Below, one piece after another: positions 49,362-61,534 of a DNA stretch of 64,000 nucleotides. The stretch is from Zootoca vivipara (Eukaryota), in assembly GCF_963506605.1 (NCBI RefSeq), contig NC_083280.1, forward strand, positions 44,826,001-44,890,000, written 5' to 3'. Position numbers and translations under genes: made by a program. Position 1 is the stretch's first letter. Each line of letters starts with the position of its first letter. The notes below the pieces were generated by a model that had not been told where the DNA came from, ran no database searches, and saw nothing but the letters and a program-made list of their open reading frames with translations.

Positions 49362-50713
49362 CCTATGTGTAAGGAACTCGGGGACTGCTAGTTCTCGACA
49401 GAGCATGTCCCATGCAGAAGCAGAAATCTCTCTGCTGCTCAAACCACACATCCTAGTGGCACAAGCACACACTCCCTCTTCTAGAGAAGGGCTTGGACCA
49501 GCAACTCACTGTTCAGAATGTCCTGCTAATTCTGCTTCGGAATGGCTCCAGCAAATCTCACAAGATCTTGGCAGAGAAATAAGTTGCCATAACCTACAAT
49601 TCCGCTTCAATCCCCGCCCCCCTTCATGGTAATGGCCTTCCCTTGATCTCAGTAAAGTGTACCCCTCCCCACCCACTTGGGTCTGCACCCAATTCCACCT
49701 TTTCAGTGGTGAGGGTCTTATTAAAACCAAACAAACCTGGCAACCCAGTTATTCACAATTGCCCTTTGCCCATGTGTTCCTCAGCTACTGTATAATGATT
49801 TCGCAACACGTCGGCAGAGGGGAAGGAGGACTTGGAGGGTATGATGGAAGGCTGACATTTCGTGTTTTATCGATGGAGTACTTTTTCCCTGATGGGTGAG
49901 GGCTAGTGGGGTTGGGGGTGGGGCCGGGGGAAGGAGAAGGCTTGGAGGAAAGCATTAATATACAGCTCAAGTAAATGGCAGGAGATGGATTAGGAGCTGG
50001 TTGAAAATGTGTCAGAATGCAAGAAGAAAAATGAACAGCTGCCTGAAGAAAAATGGGCATCTGATGAAGGACATAAGGCCTGGTGGAAGAAAGATACACA
50101 GAGCTGGTGACACTGTTTGGGAAAGCCTGATAAAGAACAGCTGGATCGTAGCGCTGGAAAGGGGGAATAAGGTGGGAGGAGGGATGTGAGGGGCTCAGAG
50201 ACTGGTTCCTTCTTTATTTTTTATTTGTCTCTGACCCTCTCACAAATTAAAACTGCAAAATGTAATCCAGCCTCTTTCTCTAATGTTCTTCTTACCTCTG
50301 AGGGTTGCCGTCTTTCTAAATTCTGGTGGGTATTACATACCAATGGCAGGAGTGAGCTTCTCAGCTATCAGGAAAATATCCTGATATCCTAATATAATTC
50401 AGCATTGATGTTCTGCTCCCTGGCTGAACACCCTGGTTGGGTGGGGGAGAAAAAACACTTATCAACTGGCTACACATGGGTGACCACTTTCTGTGTTCAT
50501 TTATTATTTTATCTGATTAACTTGTGTGTGCTTTTTTTATTTTAAGCTTGTAAGTCACACTGTGACTGTAAAAAGCAATGTATAAATGAGCAAAAATAAT
50601 GAAATAATAATAATTTAATACGAATAAATCGTAAGGGTTGCCACAATCACCTCTGTGAACTTCTTAAAAATGTAATTGGTGCTTGGCATCTGTGGTAATC
50701 ATTCTTAGAGGCA

Positions 50714-50850
50714 NNNNNNNNNNNNNNNNNNNNNNNNNNNNNNNNNNNNNNNNNNNNNNNNNNNNNNNNNNNNNNNNNNNNNNNNNNNNNNNNNNNNNNN
50801 NNNNNNNNNNNNNNNNNNNNNNNNNNNNNNNNNNNNNNNNNNNNNNNNNN
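50714..50850. other. Assembly gap (137 N)
   Basis: Run of n characters. Confidence 1.
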
Positions 50851-51028
50851 CCAAGCCCTTTCTTTGAATCATGTAAACTCCCTTTCAGTCCTCATACATA
50901 CACCTCATATACAGTACTTACACATGTTTCTTTCCTTAATCCCTTTGTCCCCATTCAGCAATACACATGTGCAGAAGTGGGCAATTCCTGGAGTTCTTGG
51001 TTTATCTCTATACAATGCTATTGTTCAC

Positions 51029-51588
51029 CAGGGCCAGCCCTACCAGTAGGCAGAATGAGGCAGCCACCTCTCCCGTTCCTGAGAGTGTGATGTGGCAGTG
51101 GCACATTGATGGCCACATTTGTGCCATGCAGTGTGTCCCACACAAAGCCAGGCTGCTGGCCTCAGGTGTGATCAGTGCAGGCTGGTCCAATAGGGCAGAT
51201 GGGGCAGTGTGGCACCAACCTCAATCTTCATTCCTCCAAGCCCTCCTGCCTCCTTAACCAAAGGTGTGGCCCTTGCAGATTGCTTTCTCCGCCTTAGTCT
51301 CAGTTTTGCCCATGTATTAGGGAGGAAGATGGGGACAAAATCAGAATTACTTGGATCTGTCTGTCCTTGGTTCTGGCTACACCTACTGTTGGCCTTCTTG
51401 CTTTTTGCCTCACTGATCCCAGCATGCACCAGGCACCATTGGGTGGGGTGGAGGAGGCTATCCTGTTGCCAGGGTCGATGTAAGATTCAACTGCCGGTCC
51501 ATTCATGGTTCTATACATGGGACAGTTATGGCAGAAGGCAAGGTGCCATCCTTCATTTCAGACAACAAAATGTATTGGGCCGTCCCTA
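51029..51588. mobile_element. Old hAT non-autonomous element
   Basis: Ends cagggccagccc / gggccgtcccta; imperfect 8-bp TSD ttgttcac / ttgtttgc. Confidence 0.6.
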
Positions 51589-52725
51589 TTGTTTGCTGTA
51601 ACAGAACTGATCAGCTATCTGAAGGTAAAAGAAGGCTGAATTCTTCCCACCCATTTAATAGGGTGGGAATAAAGAATGTATCCCAGATTTAGTTTTCCTC
51701 CCTAGACAGGAACTTGGTGCAGTCAAAGCAGATACTGCCCCCAGCCACATGTTTGCCACTGCATGCACAGTGCCCAACCCAATGCCAGAAACTTCTTGTC
51801 CTTCATTCCCACTACTGCATGCTGAGATTTGTTGCTGGGAACTGCGCATCTTTTTCCACTGGCCACCTTCTGTATTTGCATTACCTTCACTGCATCAGAG
51901 CGTTTCTTTGTCTTCTTCCTTCTGCTCATTCTAAGCACACATCATGCTTTCCCAGCAGCTGCAGCCTGGGCAATGCTTGTCCTCCTAAAATGTGAAACGA
52001 GTTGAGTTCCACAAAAGTTCCCAGATTCCAGCAGGCTATATTGGTTCATCTCTCCTTAAAGCTCTCGGGATATGTATATATTACAGGGAAATGTTCATGG
52101 TTTGTTGGAAAATGAAGCACAGAGCTTTAATTACAAGAAGTATATTTAGATGCCATCAACTCAGATACTTGCAAGCTTATAAATATGGAACACTGTTTCA
52201 GGGAGCTTTTCAAGATACCTCATCAGCTCTTGGAAAAAATACGCAGGAATATTAATTAGCACCTATCTGGCAATGAATGTTCTTTGCTTCATTTGCTTTT
52301 CTTAGAACACACAGTTTCTGATGGTGTTATCCTAGGATACGCTAGACTGAGTCTGCAATTCATTGCAAGGCTTCTATGCCTCTGTTGGAAACTAGGAAGG
52401 CAGTACAAACTCATGTCACTGAACATGCTTTCTTATGCATGTTAACTCAGAAATACGTCCTATTGATTTCGATCGGACTTACTCCCTGGTAAGTGTGCAT
52501 GGAACAGCACAAACCTATGCAGGTAACTTTCACTGTGTTTAATTGCCCTTCCAATCATATGATTACAGTCTCGGAGTCAAACAAGACTTGACATTAAATG
52601 CATGAACATAATTAAATAGGGATATATTTTTTGTGCCTTTTGTTGCAGGGGTGGGGGGTCCCAGTGCTGCAAATGAGAGCATCCCTTGAAATTTTAGTCA
52701 CAAATTGGGAGGGGTCATTTTGTCA

Positions 52726-52905
52726 TAGGAAACTGCCTTATACCGAGTTGGCCTGTTGGCCCATGTATTGTCTACACTGACTGGCTGCTGTTCTGCAGGG
52801 TTTCAGGTAGGGAACATTCCTAGCCCTAACTGGTGATACTGGAAATTGAACCAGAGACCATCTGCCCTCAAAGCAGATGGTCTCCACTGAGCTATGGCCT
52901 TTCCC
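52726..52905 (-). mobile_element. tRNA-derived (Ala-like head) squamate SINE, full length
   Basis: Minus strand reads ggccatagctcagtgg...ggttcaat...cagtcagtgtagacaata...ctcggtataaggcagtttccta. Confidence 0.8.
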
Positions 52906-53209
52906 TGTAAGGACAGTGGCAGGCAGAGGAAAAGTTAAGCTTCACCTCTACACCCACCTACAGGATCTGGAGCCCTCCCAGGCCTCCCTGCAGCTGCTAT
53001 GTATATCAAAGTGCACCTTAATGGCATTCATGCAATTAACATCATGGCTAGTTTGACTCTTCTTGTTGTAAACTAGGAGATTATCTAGTCTAAGCAGGCT
53101 TCCAGGCACTGAACTGGAATTTAGAAACTATAGTAAATTCAACAGACCAGTTTGCCTCACCTATTGCTTAAATGCATAAAGACACGTTAAACAGAATCAG
53201 CCAGAATAA

Positions 53210-53353
53210 TAGAATCATAGCACTGTAGAGTTGGAAGGGACCACAAGGGTCATCTAATCCAACCCCCTTGCAATGGAGGAATCTTTTTGCCCAGTGTGGG
53301 GCTCGAACCCACAACCCTGAGATTAAGAGACTCATGTTCTACAGATGGAGCTA
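53210..53353 (-). mobile_element. SINE with tRNA-Lys(CTT)-derived head and CR1 3' tail
   Basis: Minus strand reads tagctc...ctcttaatctcagggttgtgggttcgagccccacactgggca, then a CR1 tail ending ctatgattcta. Confidence 0.85.
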
Positions 53354-53485
53354 TACGGAAGTGGATTCCTGGTTTATCCTGCTTTGTTTGCATAAAGTTT
53401 GTGGGGTGGTTATATAGGCTATCAGCTGCTTACAGAGCATTCGTTTTGATTTGTTTGCAGTGAGGTTATATGCAGTAGCAGACAA

Positions 53486-53734
53486 CATGGTGGGGCTGTG
53501 CCCCTCACCTGACCTCCCTCTGACTGAATTGCTGCACATACCGGTACTAGCACAGGGAGGGGCGAGGCTGTGGCAAACTCAGCATGGTGCAAACGCACTG
53601 GTGGAACAAATTTGACGTTCCTGAAAGCGTGTTTCAGGCTTACCACCACCTCACCCCTCCCTCCCCTCTCCATCCCAGTATACAATAGCAACCCAGCCGG
53701 AAGGAGGTCAGGTGAGTGGTACAGCCCCACCATG
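53486..53734. repeat. Fold-back element with 32-bp inverted arms (30/32 match)
   Basis: catggtggggctgtgcccctcacctgacctcc (53486-53517) versus ggaggtcaggtgagtggtacagccccaccatg (53703-53734). Confidence 0.75.
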
Positions 53735-54014
53735 CCATTACACTGGGTCAAGCAATTGCTATCCAGTGCAACTGCTTTTGGAAGCCCATTTGATACGTAA
53801 ATGTACCAAATCCACCTTAACTATTCAACCTGAATTTGTCTTCGAACTGTGATAATGCCTCTTGCTTGCTTGCGTGGAGGATGAAGAGATAAGTGTGTGT
53901 TGGTAGAAACCTCTAACTTGTGCATGACTGGAATGCAGCCTACAGCACAAAAGGTAGGAGTCACAGCTCTTACCCCACACACTTATGCCTCTGGCCCTGC
54001 CTAGCCAGCCAAGG

Positions 54015-54641
54015 GCAGTGGTAAAGCATCGGCTTTGTATGCAGAAGGTTCTGGGTTCAATCTCTAGCATCTCTAGGGCTGCATCTACAGAGATATTTTT
54101 AAAAAAACACTGTGAAAATGCTTTTTAAAAAGTTGTAAAATATATCTGGAATTTGCCATTACCTCATCAGCGCCATCTAGTGTCACATTTGTATAATGCA
54201 CAGAAAACACACTTAAGACATTATATTTGCAGCTGTATATCTCAGTCCTAAGTAGGTCTGGGAGATCCCCCTGTCTGAAATCCTGGAGGATCGCTGCCAG
54301 TCTGTGTAGACGAGACCAGTGAAGACTGATCTACCGTACTGGGGCAAATGGGGCATTGCCTCACCACCTTGATTATTTCAAGCCTACCAGCATTCATAAT
54401 TATAATGAGTCCAAAAGGATGCCCTTGTTGTCTGCTTCCTTCTCCTTAGTCTCAGCGTTGGCCTAGTAGAAATCAGCTGGGGTGAGGAGGAGGGGGGGGG
54501 GGAGTAGAATTCCACCGGTCATTGGCCTTGCCTCCACCTAGTGTTGGCCTCCCGGCCTTCAATTACATCAGCCCCAATGGGCACCAGCCAGCCCTGGACA
54601 AGACTGAGCTAGATGGAGCAATGGACACAGCATAAGGCAGC
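54015..54641 (+). mobile_element. tRNA-derived SINE (same family as 52726-52905) split by two DNA-transposon insertions
   Basis: Head at 54015-54074, middle at 54251-54310 and tail at 54597-54641 are colinear with the intact copy. Confidence 0.75.
54076..54248. mobile_element. Harbinger-like MITE carrying a CTCF-like motif
   Basis: Ends gggctg / cagtcc; internal gcgccatctagtgtca at 54170-54185. Confidence 0.55.
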
Positions 54642-55069
54642 AAAAGGTTTCCCGCCCTTGTACTTGCCCTCCTATGCTTGGGGAAGAACTACACACATAG
54701 GACCTGGAGGTCCTGCTGGACTACACTTAACATGACCATCTGTTGGAGGGACAAAGGAGCCTGGGTTAAAAAAAGAAAGAAAAGAAAGCAGGAAGCAATC
54801 CTACACAGGAGCAGTTGCTTTTCCACTGCTGCTGGTCTTTTAGGCCTCACTTGGCACTAGGGGTGGGGAATAACCCACCTCTGCACATTCTGAACAGCTG
54901 TGGAAAGACAAAGTGAAATGCTGGGGTGTTAATGAGTCACCGCAACAGGTGGTTCCTGTGGCTGCTTTGCTGCTTACTCCAGGTTTGCTGGTGAGCACGT
55001 GAGAGGGTGTCAAGTGCTCTTTCAGTCTGCACCCCTCAGGGTAGCTTCCTGGTCCCCCCAATTGGTTGA

Positions 55070-56430
55070 CATTTATTTATTTCTATACCACCCTTCATCA
55101 AAAGATCTCAGGGCAGTTCACAAGATAGAAATGCAAGACAAAAGCACAAATGAATAGTTAAAACAGAGACAGCAAAACAATAACCACCCCCTCCCACAAA
55201 CACATTTAAAAGGTTGTTGTTGTTTAGTCGTTTAGTCGTGTCCGACTCTTCGTGACCCCATGGACCATAGCACGCCAGGCACTCCTGTCTTGCACTGCCT
55301 CCCGCAGTTTGGTCAAACTCATGTTCGTAGCTTCGAGAACACTGTCCAACCATCTTGTCCTCTGTCGTCCCTTTCTCCTAGTGCCCTCAATCTTTCCCAA
55401 CATCAGGGTCTTTTCCAAGGATTCTTCTCTTCTCATGAGGTGGCCAAAGTATTGGAGCCTCAGCTTCACGATCTGTCCTTCCAGGGAGCACTCAGGGCTG
55501 ATTTCCTTAAGAATGGATAGGTTTGATCTTCTTGCAGTCCATGGGACTCTCAAGAGTCTCCTCCAGCACCATAATTCAAAAGCATCAATTCTTCGGCGAT
55601 CAGCCTTCTTTATGGTCCAGCTCTCACTTCCATACATCACTACTGGGAAAACCATAGCTTTAACTATACGGACCTTTGTCGGCAAGGTGGTGTCTCTGCT
55701 TTTTAAGATGCTGTCTAGGTTTGTCATTGCTTTTCTCCCAAGAAGCAGGCGTCTTTTAATTTCGGGACTGCTGTCACCATCTGCAGTGATCAAGGAGCCC
55801 AAGAAGGTAAAATCTCTCACTGCCTCCATTTCTTCCCCTTCTATTTGCCAGGAGGTGATGGGACCAGTGGCCATGATCTTGGTTTTTTGATGTTGAGCTT
55901 CAGACCATATTTTGCGCTCTCCTCTTTCACCCTCATTAAAGATTCTTTAATTCCTCCTCGCTTTCTGCCATCAAGGTTGTGTCATCTGCATATCTGAGGT
56001 TGTTGATATTTCTTCCGGCAATCTTAATTCCGGCTTGGGATTCATCTAGTCCAGCCTTTCGCATGATGAATTCTGCATATAAGTTAAATAAGCAGGGAGA
56101 CAATATACAACCTTGTCGTACTCCTTTCCCAATTTTTCCCAATTTTAAAAGGTTATAGAATATTAATCAGCCCAAGGCCTGGTTGAAAAGGAACATTTTT
56201 GCCTGGCACCTAAATATATATATAAGGAAGGTGCCAGGCGAGCCTCCTTGGGGAGAGCATTCCACAAGTGAGGAGCCACTGCAGAAAAGGCCCGTTCTCA
56301 TGTTGACGCCTTCTGGATGTCGTGTGGAGGAGGCACATGAAGATGGGCCTCAGATGATGAATGCAAAGTCCAGGGCGGTTTATATGGGGAGAGGTGGTCC
56401 TTGAGGTATTGCATTCCTGAGCCATTTAAG
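55070..56430 (-). mobile_element. L2-like LINE 3' fragment hosting a BovB insertion
   Basis: atttatttatttctataccaccctt... continues after the BovB copy with gaaggtgccaggcgagcctcc...gagagcattccacaag. Confidence 0.65.
55216..56143 (-). mobile_element. BovB (RTE) LINE, 5'-truncated, RT C-terminus with two -1 frameshifts
   Basis: ORFs 55936..56142 (GVRQGCILSPCLFNLYAE...NLRYADDTTL) and 55224..55874; (CAA)n tail; 11-bp TSD tttaaaaggtt at 55205-55215 and 56144-56154. Confidence 0.96.
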
Positions 56431-56777
56431 GGCCACTCCTGATGTGTACAATTAGAGATCCAGCTTTAAGCGTAGGTCATGGAATAATTACAGTAATATT
56501 CACCCATCCTATGTAGGGCGTCCTCCCCTGAAGTCCTCCCCCAAGCTCAATCCCTTTTTGCTCATGTCAGGTGGCAGTTTCCTACCAGCACAAAAGTAGC
56601 AGTACTATATAACATTTTGCTCTACCAGAACAATTGGATCTGGTTGTGGCCCTGTCCTAGTCCAGAATGTGCAAGTCAAGTGTAGGTGTGCTCTGCTGGT
56701 GAATTTGTGGTGTTGGTGAGATTTGAACCAGAGACTGACTGGCTCCAGTATGCTACACCAACTCTTAGACTTAGAAC

Positions 56778-56813
<36 letters not shown>

Positions 56814-57991
56814 CTCCAGAGAGTATGCAAGTGTTGATGTGGCTGCCTCTAGAGCAAGCCAGAGCAGTTTCTAACAGTGTTCCATACTCCACAACAATGC
56901 TATCTAACATCTGAAAACCACATGTAAGATCATGACGTGAACTGGAATGGCCAAGGCCCAGAGGAACCATCTTTGGCTGTAATGTGCTGCTGCTTACCAT
57001 GTGCAGAGACCAGAATCCTTCAGCGTGCGCTGCAGGCAGGTCTGTGTTATGTCTCGCATGCCTGAGAAAGGCTGGACTACCTGAATCCAAAATCTACTGC
57101 GTGCTAGAGCGCTGGCTTTATTTGAACAGCAGCAACAGCACAAATAATGTCCCTAACACTCATCATTCAGTTAGAAACTTTGAAAGTGTTTTGGCAAAAG
57201 CGAGAAACCAAAGGGAACACAGCTCATAGATCCTGGGTGTGTGGAGTCAAGGCGCTCATATCCAGAGAGTTTGTTCTTCCTCCCCATGGTTCCTCCTCCT
57301 TATTATCTACTCTTAGTTATGGTTCCGTTCTTAGCTACTGAGAACATTGTGCCTCTCCTACTTTTATTGAATTCTTGTCAGCCTAAACATTTCCACAGTA
57401 ACTTATTCAGAATTCAGCAGATGAAAAAAAAAGTGTGCCAGCCCGTGAGGCTGATTTTTCCTGGTTCCCATTCACATCGCATCCTGCTCTCCCTTCCCTC
57501 GCTGATGCGCATGTGGCTCTAGTTTGGCAGCGTGACTGGTTGGCTCTCTGCAATGAACATGTGTGGAACTTCCTTCCTAAGGTCTGGGTGGAGATGATTA
57601 TTAAAGGGACAGCCTCGCCTTTTGAGATAACTGACAAAGCCAGTGGATCTCTGCAGAACAAAGGCCTGTTTGTTCAATGTCAGGCACGCATGCACACACA
57701 CATATCCACAAGGCAAGTTTGGATAAGTCCATTTTGGGTGCAAATGTGAAACAAAGGCAAGCTGGAGGAAGTTGGTTTGAGATTCTTCAAGAAATTTAAC
57801 TAGGTGGGGAGGGAGATTTCTTAAAACCCATCGGAGTCCTCTTATGACAATTTAACCCACAGCTCCCCCCCCCCACCAACACTATTCAGCTGGAGGCTGG
57901 CTGAACAGTTTCTCTCTCTGCCATTTCCCCCCCCCCCCAAGCTCCCCGGCTGCATCCTTTGCTACATCCGGGCCAGGAGGTGAACTTCCTG

Positions 57992-58005
57992 GTTGCCCTA
58001 GAAAC
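57992..58005. promoter_or_regulatory. Candidate RFX X-box GTTGCCCTAGAAAC with an abutting ETS site (acttcctgg)
   Basis: Motif match only. Confidence 0.4.
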
Positions 58006-58261
58006 AGAGATGAAGGCCAGATTCAGACAAAGCCAACCAAAAAAGTGCCTCTTTGTTGGTGGCTGAGCAAGCTCCGCCATCCAAGTAATTCCCTCCCGCC
58101 TTTTGGCCAATTTGCGGTGTGTGTGTGTGTGAAGAGTCAGATGGAATCTTCATGAAAAGAGGCTGACAGTTAGCAAGCAGTTGCAGGGAATGCCTCAGAG
58201 AAATGTAGCTAGGTAATCATGCTATTAGCTGTGTGTAGGTTATGAAGAAGTAACAACACAC

Positions 58262-58598
58262 TAGTGGTACCTCGGTTTATGAACACAATTGGTTCCGGAA
58301 GTCTGTTCATAAACTGAAGCGTTCATAAACTGAAGCGAACTTTCCCATTGAAAGTAATGGAAAGTGGATTAATCCGTTCCAGACGGTTCCGCGGAGTACT
58401 TAAACTGAAGTGTTCATAAACTGAAGCATGGGTGTAATTGGTTCCGGAAGTCTGTTCATAAACTGAAGCGTTCATAAACTGAAGCGAACTTTCCCATTGA
58501 AAGTAATGGAAAATGAATTAATCCTTTCCAGATTGGTCCGCGGCGTTCATAAACCGAAAATTCATAAACCGAGGTGTTCATAAACCGAGGTTCCACTG
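58262..58598. mobile_element. Tc1/mariner (Tigger-like) MITE with an internal ~149-bp-period duplication
   Basis: tagtggtacctcggtttatgaacac ... gtgttcataaaccgaggttccactg|TA; repeat units start at 58287 and 58436. Confidence 0.88.
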
Positions 58599-59974
58599 TA
58601 CATTGCTTTTAAAAGAGTTAAAAATGCAACATTTTAATGTTTTGTCCCCCCCCTTTTTTTTTCTTCCTCTTTGTAAAGGAGATCACCAATTTCAATCACA
58701 ATGTTTGGGATCATTAAGGCATAATCATAGGGGGGAAGTGGGGAAGGAGAAGGGTACTTTTATGCAAGCATTTCATCAGGTGTGAGCTGTTTCTCTGCAT
58801 CCCTTCCTTTGGACCCCCTTGTCTCTATTTTGCTGTGACAGGTGCTCCTGCTTGCACCCATGAACATTGCCTGGTGCTGGTAAAATGGCAGCAGAAATAA
58901 GCATCACCTGTATTTGCCAGTGATGTGCTATTGTCTCCTGTCTGTCTGTATTGCTATTGCATGCAAATGTACATGCGCAATCTAATAATTTTTTGTGTGT
59001 ATTGGTTTCTTCTCAGTTCTTTTGCCCAGAAGTTCATGGCCAGGGATCGAAACTCTTAGCAGCTGATCCACCAGCTAATGCTGGTAGTGTCCTATGATTT
59101 GTTGACGATTCAGTAGGATTGTTTGTTATCTTCCATTGTGGCCACGGCAAAAGAGCAGGGGAGCTGTCTGTAGCCCTGCACTGTTTTCAATGGGCATGAT
59201 TCATTTAACCTCCTGTTTGGCAGCCATGGAATTATTCTCTATTTCAAACCGACCTGAACAAGCATAGGATTTCAACTAAGCTCTGTTCTTCCCCTGCTAT
59301 GCCCCAAACACCATTCTTTTTTCTGTTTGGTGGTGTGGTGCCAGCAGAGTGCATATGCCAGTGTAATGAAACAGTGACACAAGAGTATTTCAATGCCAGC
59401 GAGAACCCACTATGCCAAGGTAGCTTTCTGATCTACTGAGGAAAAAGGATTTTAGTAGAGATGCTCTTCTCATATAGACCTAAGGATAGTGCTTAGTGCT
59501 TGTGATTTACAATGCCCCATATGGGCAGAAGTGACATCACATTGAATCAAATAATTCCGTTTCTAGGAGAGGAATAGGGTTTTCTAACAGCTCTGAGTTG
59601 TTGTTTTTTTGCTGTCTTAGCTGAGTGAGATCTTCAAAATAAATGCTCCAAGCAGAGTGAGATACTGTATTCAAAACAGATGCTCCAAGCAAGGCTTTTT
59701 GTAACTTTTACGTCTTTAGACTGTGTCCTACAGCAGTGATAAACCTAAAGTAGTTGACTAGTGGGGTGTAAGGGGTGTTAGCAGAAGGGCAGTACCTCTG
59801 GTGGGAACGTGTTGTGCTCCTTCTGGGGTGTTTTGTCGAACTTTGGTTCTCCTTTGGAGATAGATAGTTGCCAACAAAAAAGCTGATTAGTTAAATGGTT
59901 GTTTTTTAATGCTTGCATTCCCCCCCATATAAATCAATCTTTTATTTAACAATTTCTTTGTTTACCTCTGGGAT

Positions 59975-60350
59975 GGTACGCGGGTGGTGCTGTGGTCAAA
60001 ACCACTGAGGGTCTTGGGCTTGCCGATCAGACGGTCAACGGTTCAAATCCGTGCAACAGGGTGAGCTCCCATCGCTCTGTTCCAGCTCCTGCCAACCTAG
60101 CAGTTCGAAAGCAGGCCAGTGCAAGTAGATAAATAGGTACCAGTGTGGCAGGGAGGTAAACAGCGTTTCTGTGCACTCAGGCTTCTGTCACAGTGTCCTG
60201 TTGTGCCAGAAGTGGTTTAGTCATGCTGGTCAGAAGACCCAGAAAGCTGTCTGTGGACAAACGCCGGCTCCCTCGGCCTGAAAAGCGATATTAGCGCTGC
60301 ACCCCATAGTCACCTTTGACTGGACTTAACCATCCAGGGGTCCTTTACCT
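59975..60350 (+). mobile_element. Sauria SINE, full length
   Basis: ggtacgcgggtggtgctgtggtc ... ggacttaaccatccaggggtcctttacct; same subfamily as 31126-31510. Confidence 0.92.
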
Positions 60351-60427
60351 CTAGAGTAGCTGTATCTCAGTGGCAGAGCATCTGCTTTACATACAAAAGG
60401 GTCCTGGCTTTAATCTCTGGCATAGCT

Positions 60428-61160
60428 TTATTTCTTTTTATTTCTGTCTTCAAACCTTTATTAGGCATTACAGATATATTTTAAAAATATATACAAAGAA
60501 GCAGCCATATAAGGTATATAGTAACAGAAATTTTCACTGGAATGCCTTCCCACTAAACCATGCCATTCCCGCTAAATCATGCCATTCACCACTCTAAGAG
60601 TTACTATTAACAGAACCTCAGCCAGCTTTGCAGTTACCTCTGGGGTAATATCAGACAGGTAGAATCTGATATTTTCATTGTACCATGATGTTAACTATCT
60701 AAAATGGGGGATAACATGCATTTGCATTGCTGGTTGTACAGTGGACAGAAAAGAATATGTTCTACAGTGTCCACCACATTCAAATAACATCCGCAATGTC
60801 TGTCATTTCTAGGGATGTTTAAATATCTGCCCTTAACAAAAGCTGAGGGGAAAACATTCAGTTGGGCTAACATAAATGCCCTGCATTGGGCTGGAATTAT
60901 TAACTTTGAGATATAAGTGATCCTGTTATCAGTTGTATTTAAACCATAGAACTTGGGGGAGCAGATTTAATTTACAAGCCAATACCAATAGATCTAATTT
61001 TGTTGTGTATGAGTTGGAGCCATCTGGAATTCTGGATTTATACGAGTCCTTAAGTAAATCGGAAAACAGACTTGAAGGCTGGGAATGAAAATGGCAATGC
61101 TGCCAATGTTTTATAGTGCTAGTCCACGCCCAATATTCCATCATGTGTATACCTAATTCT
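60428..61160 (-). mobile_element. Degenerate LINE 3' fragment (RTE-X-like C-terminal Cys/His domain)
   Basis: ORF 60691..60873 encodes AQLNVFPSAFVKGRYLNIPRNDRHCGC...VDTVEHILFCPLY, a LINE ORF2 zinc-knuckle-like pattern. Confidence 0.6.
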
Positions 61161-61164
61161 GACA

Positions 61165-61303
61165 TAGCTCAGTTGGTAGAGCATTAGATCCCTTAATCTC
61201 AGGGTCATGGGTTCAAGGCCCACATTGGGCAAAAGATTCCTGCATTGCAGGGGGTGGACTAGATGACCCTTGTGGTCCCTTCCAACCCTACAATTCTATG
61301 ATT
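61165..61303 (+). mobile_element. SINE with tRNA-Lys(CTT)-derived head and CR1 3' tail
   Basis: tagctcagttggtagagcat...cttaatctcagggtcatgggttcaaggcccacattgggca, then ttcctgcattgcagg...tccaaccctacaattctatgatt. Confidence 0.88.
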
Positions 61304-61534
61304 CTTTGATTCTAGCTGCACATAGGGAAGATAAACACCCCTGTCAAAAACTAAGGAGCCCCAGCTCCTTCCAGACAACACAGTAGTGTGGAGATATTTA
61401 GGGAGGCAGGAGAGGATATATTATTTAATCATATCCTTCCTAACTTGCACTAGCAAGTTCCATATTCTAGCAGAGTTCCAAACATCCTCCTTTTTAAAAT
61501 TACGCAGTGATCAGCTTGTTGCTAACTCATTTGA

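Noticed and set aside
49990-50190. Purine-rich stretch that reads like a coding exon
   Set aside because: No convincing splice sites, no recognisable homology, and no neighbouring exons.
55252-55890. 212-aa plus-strand ORF
   Set aside because: It is the antisense shadow of the BovB RT frame.
61165-61232. tRNA-Lys gene (also 53287-53353)
   Set aside because: Stems are mutated, the 5' end is incomplete, and it is fused to a CR1 tail. It is a SINE head, not a functional tRNA.
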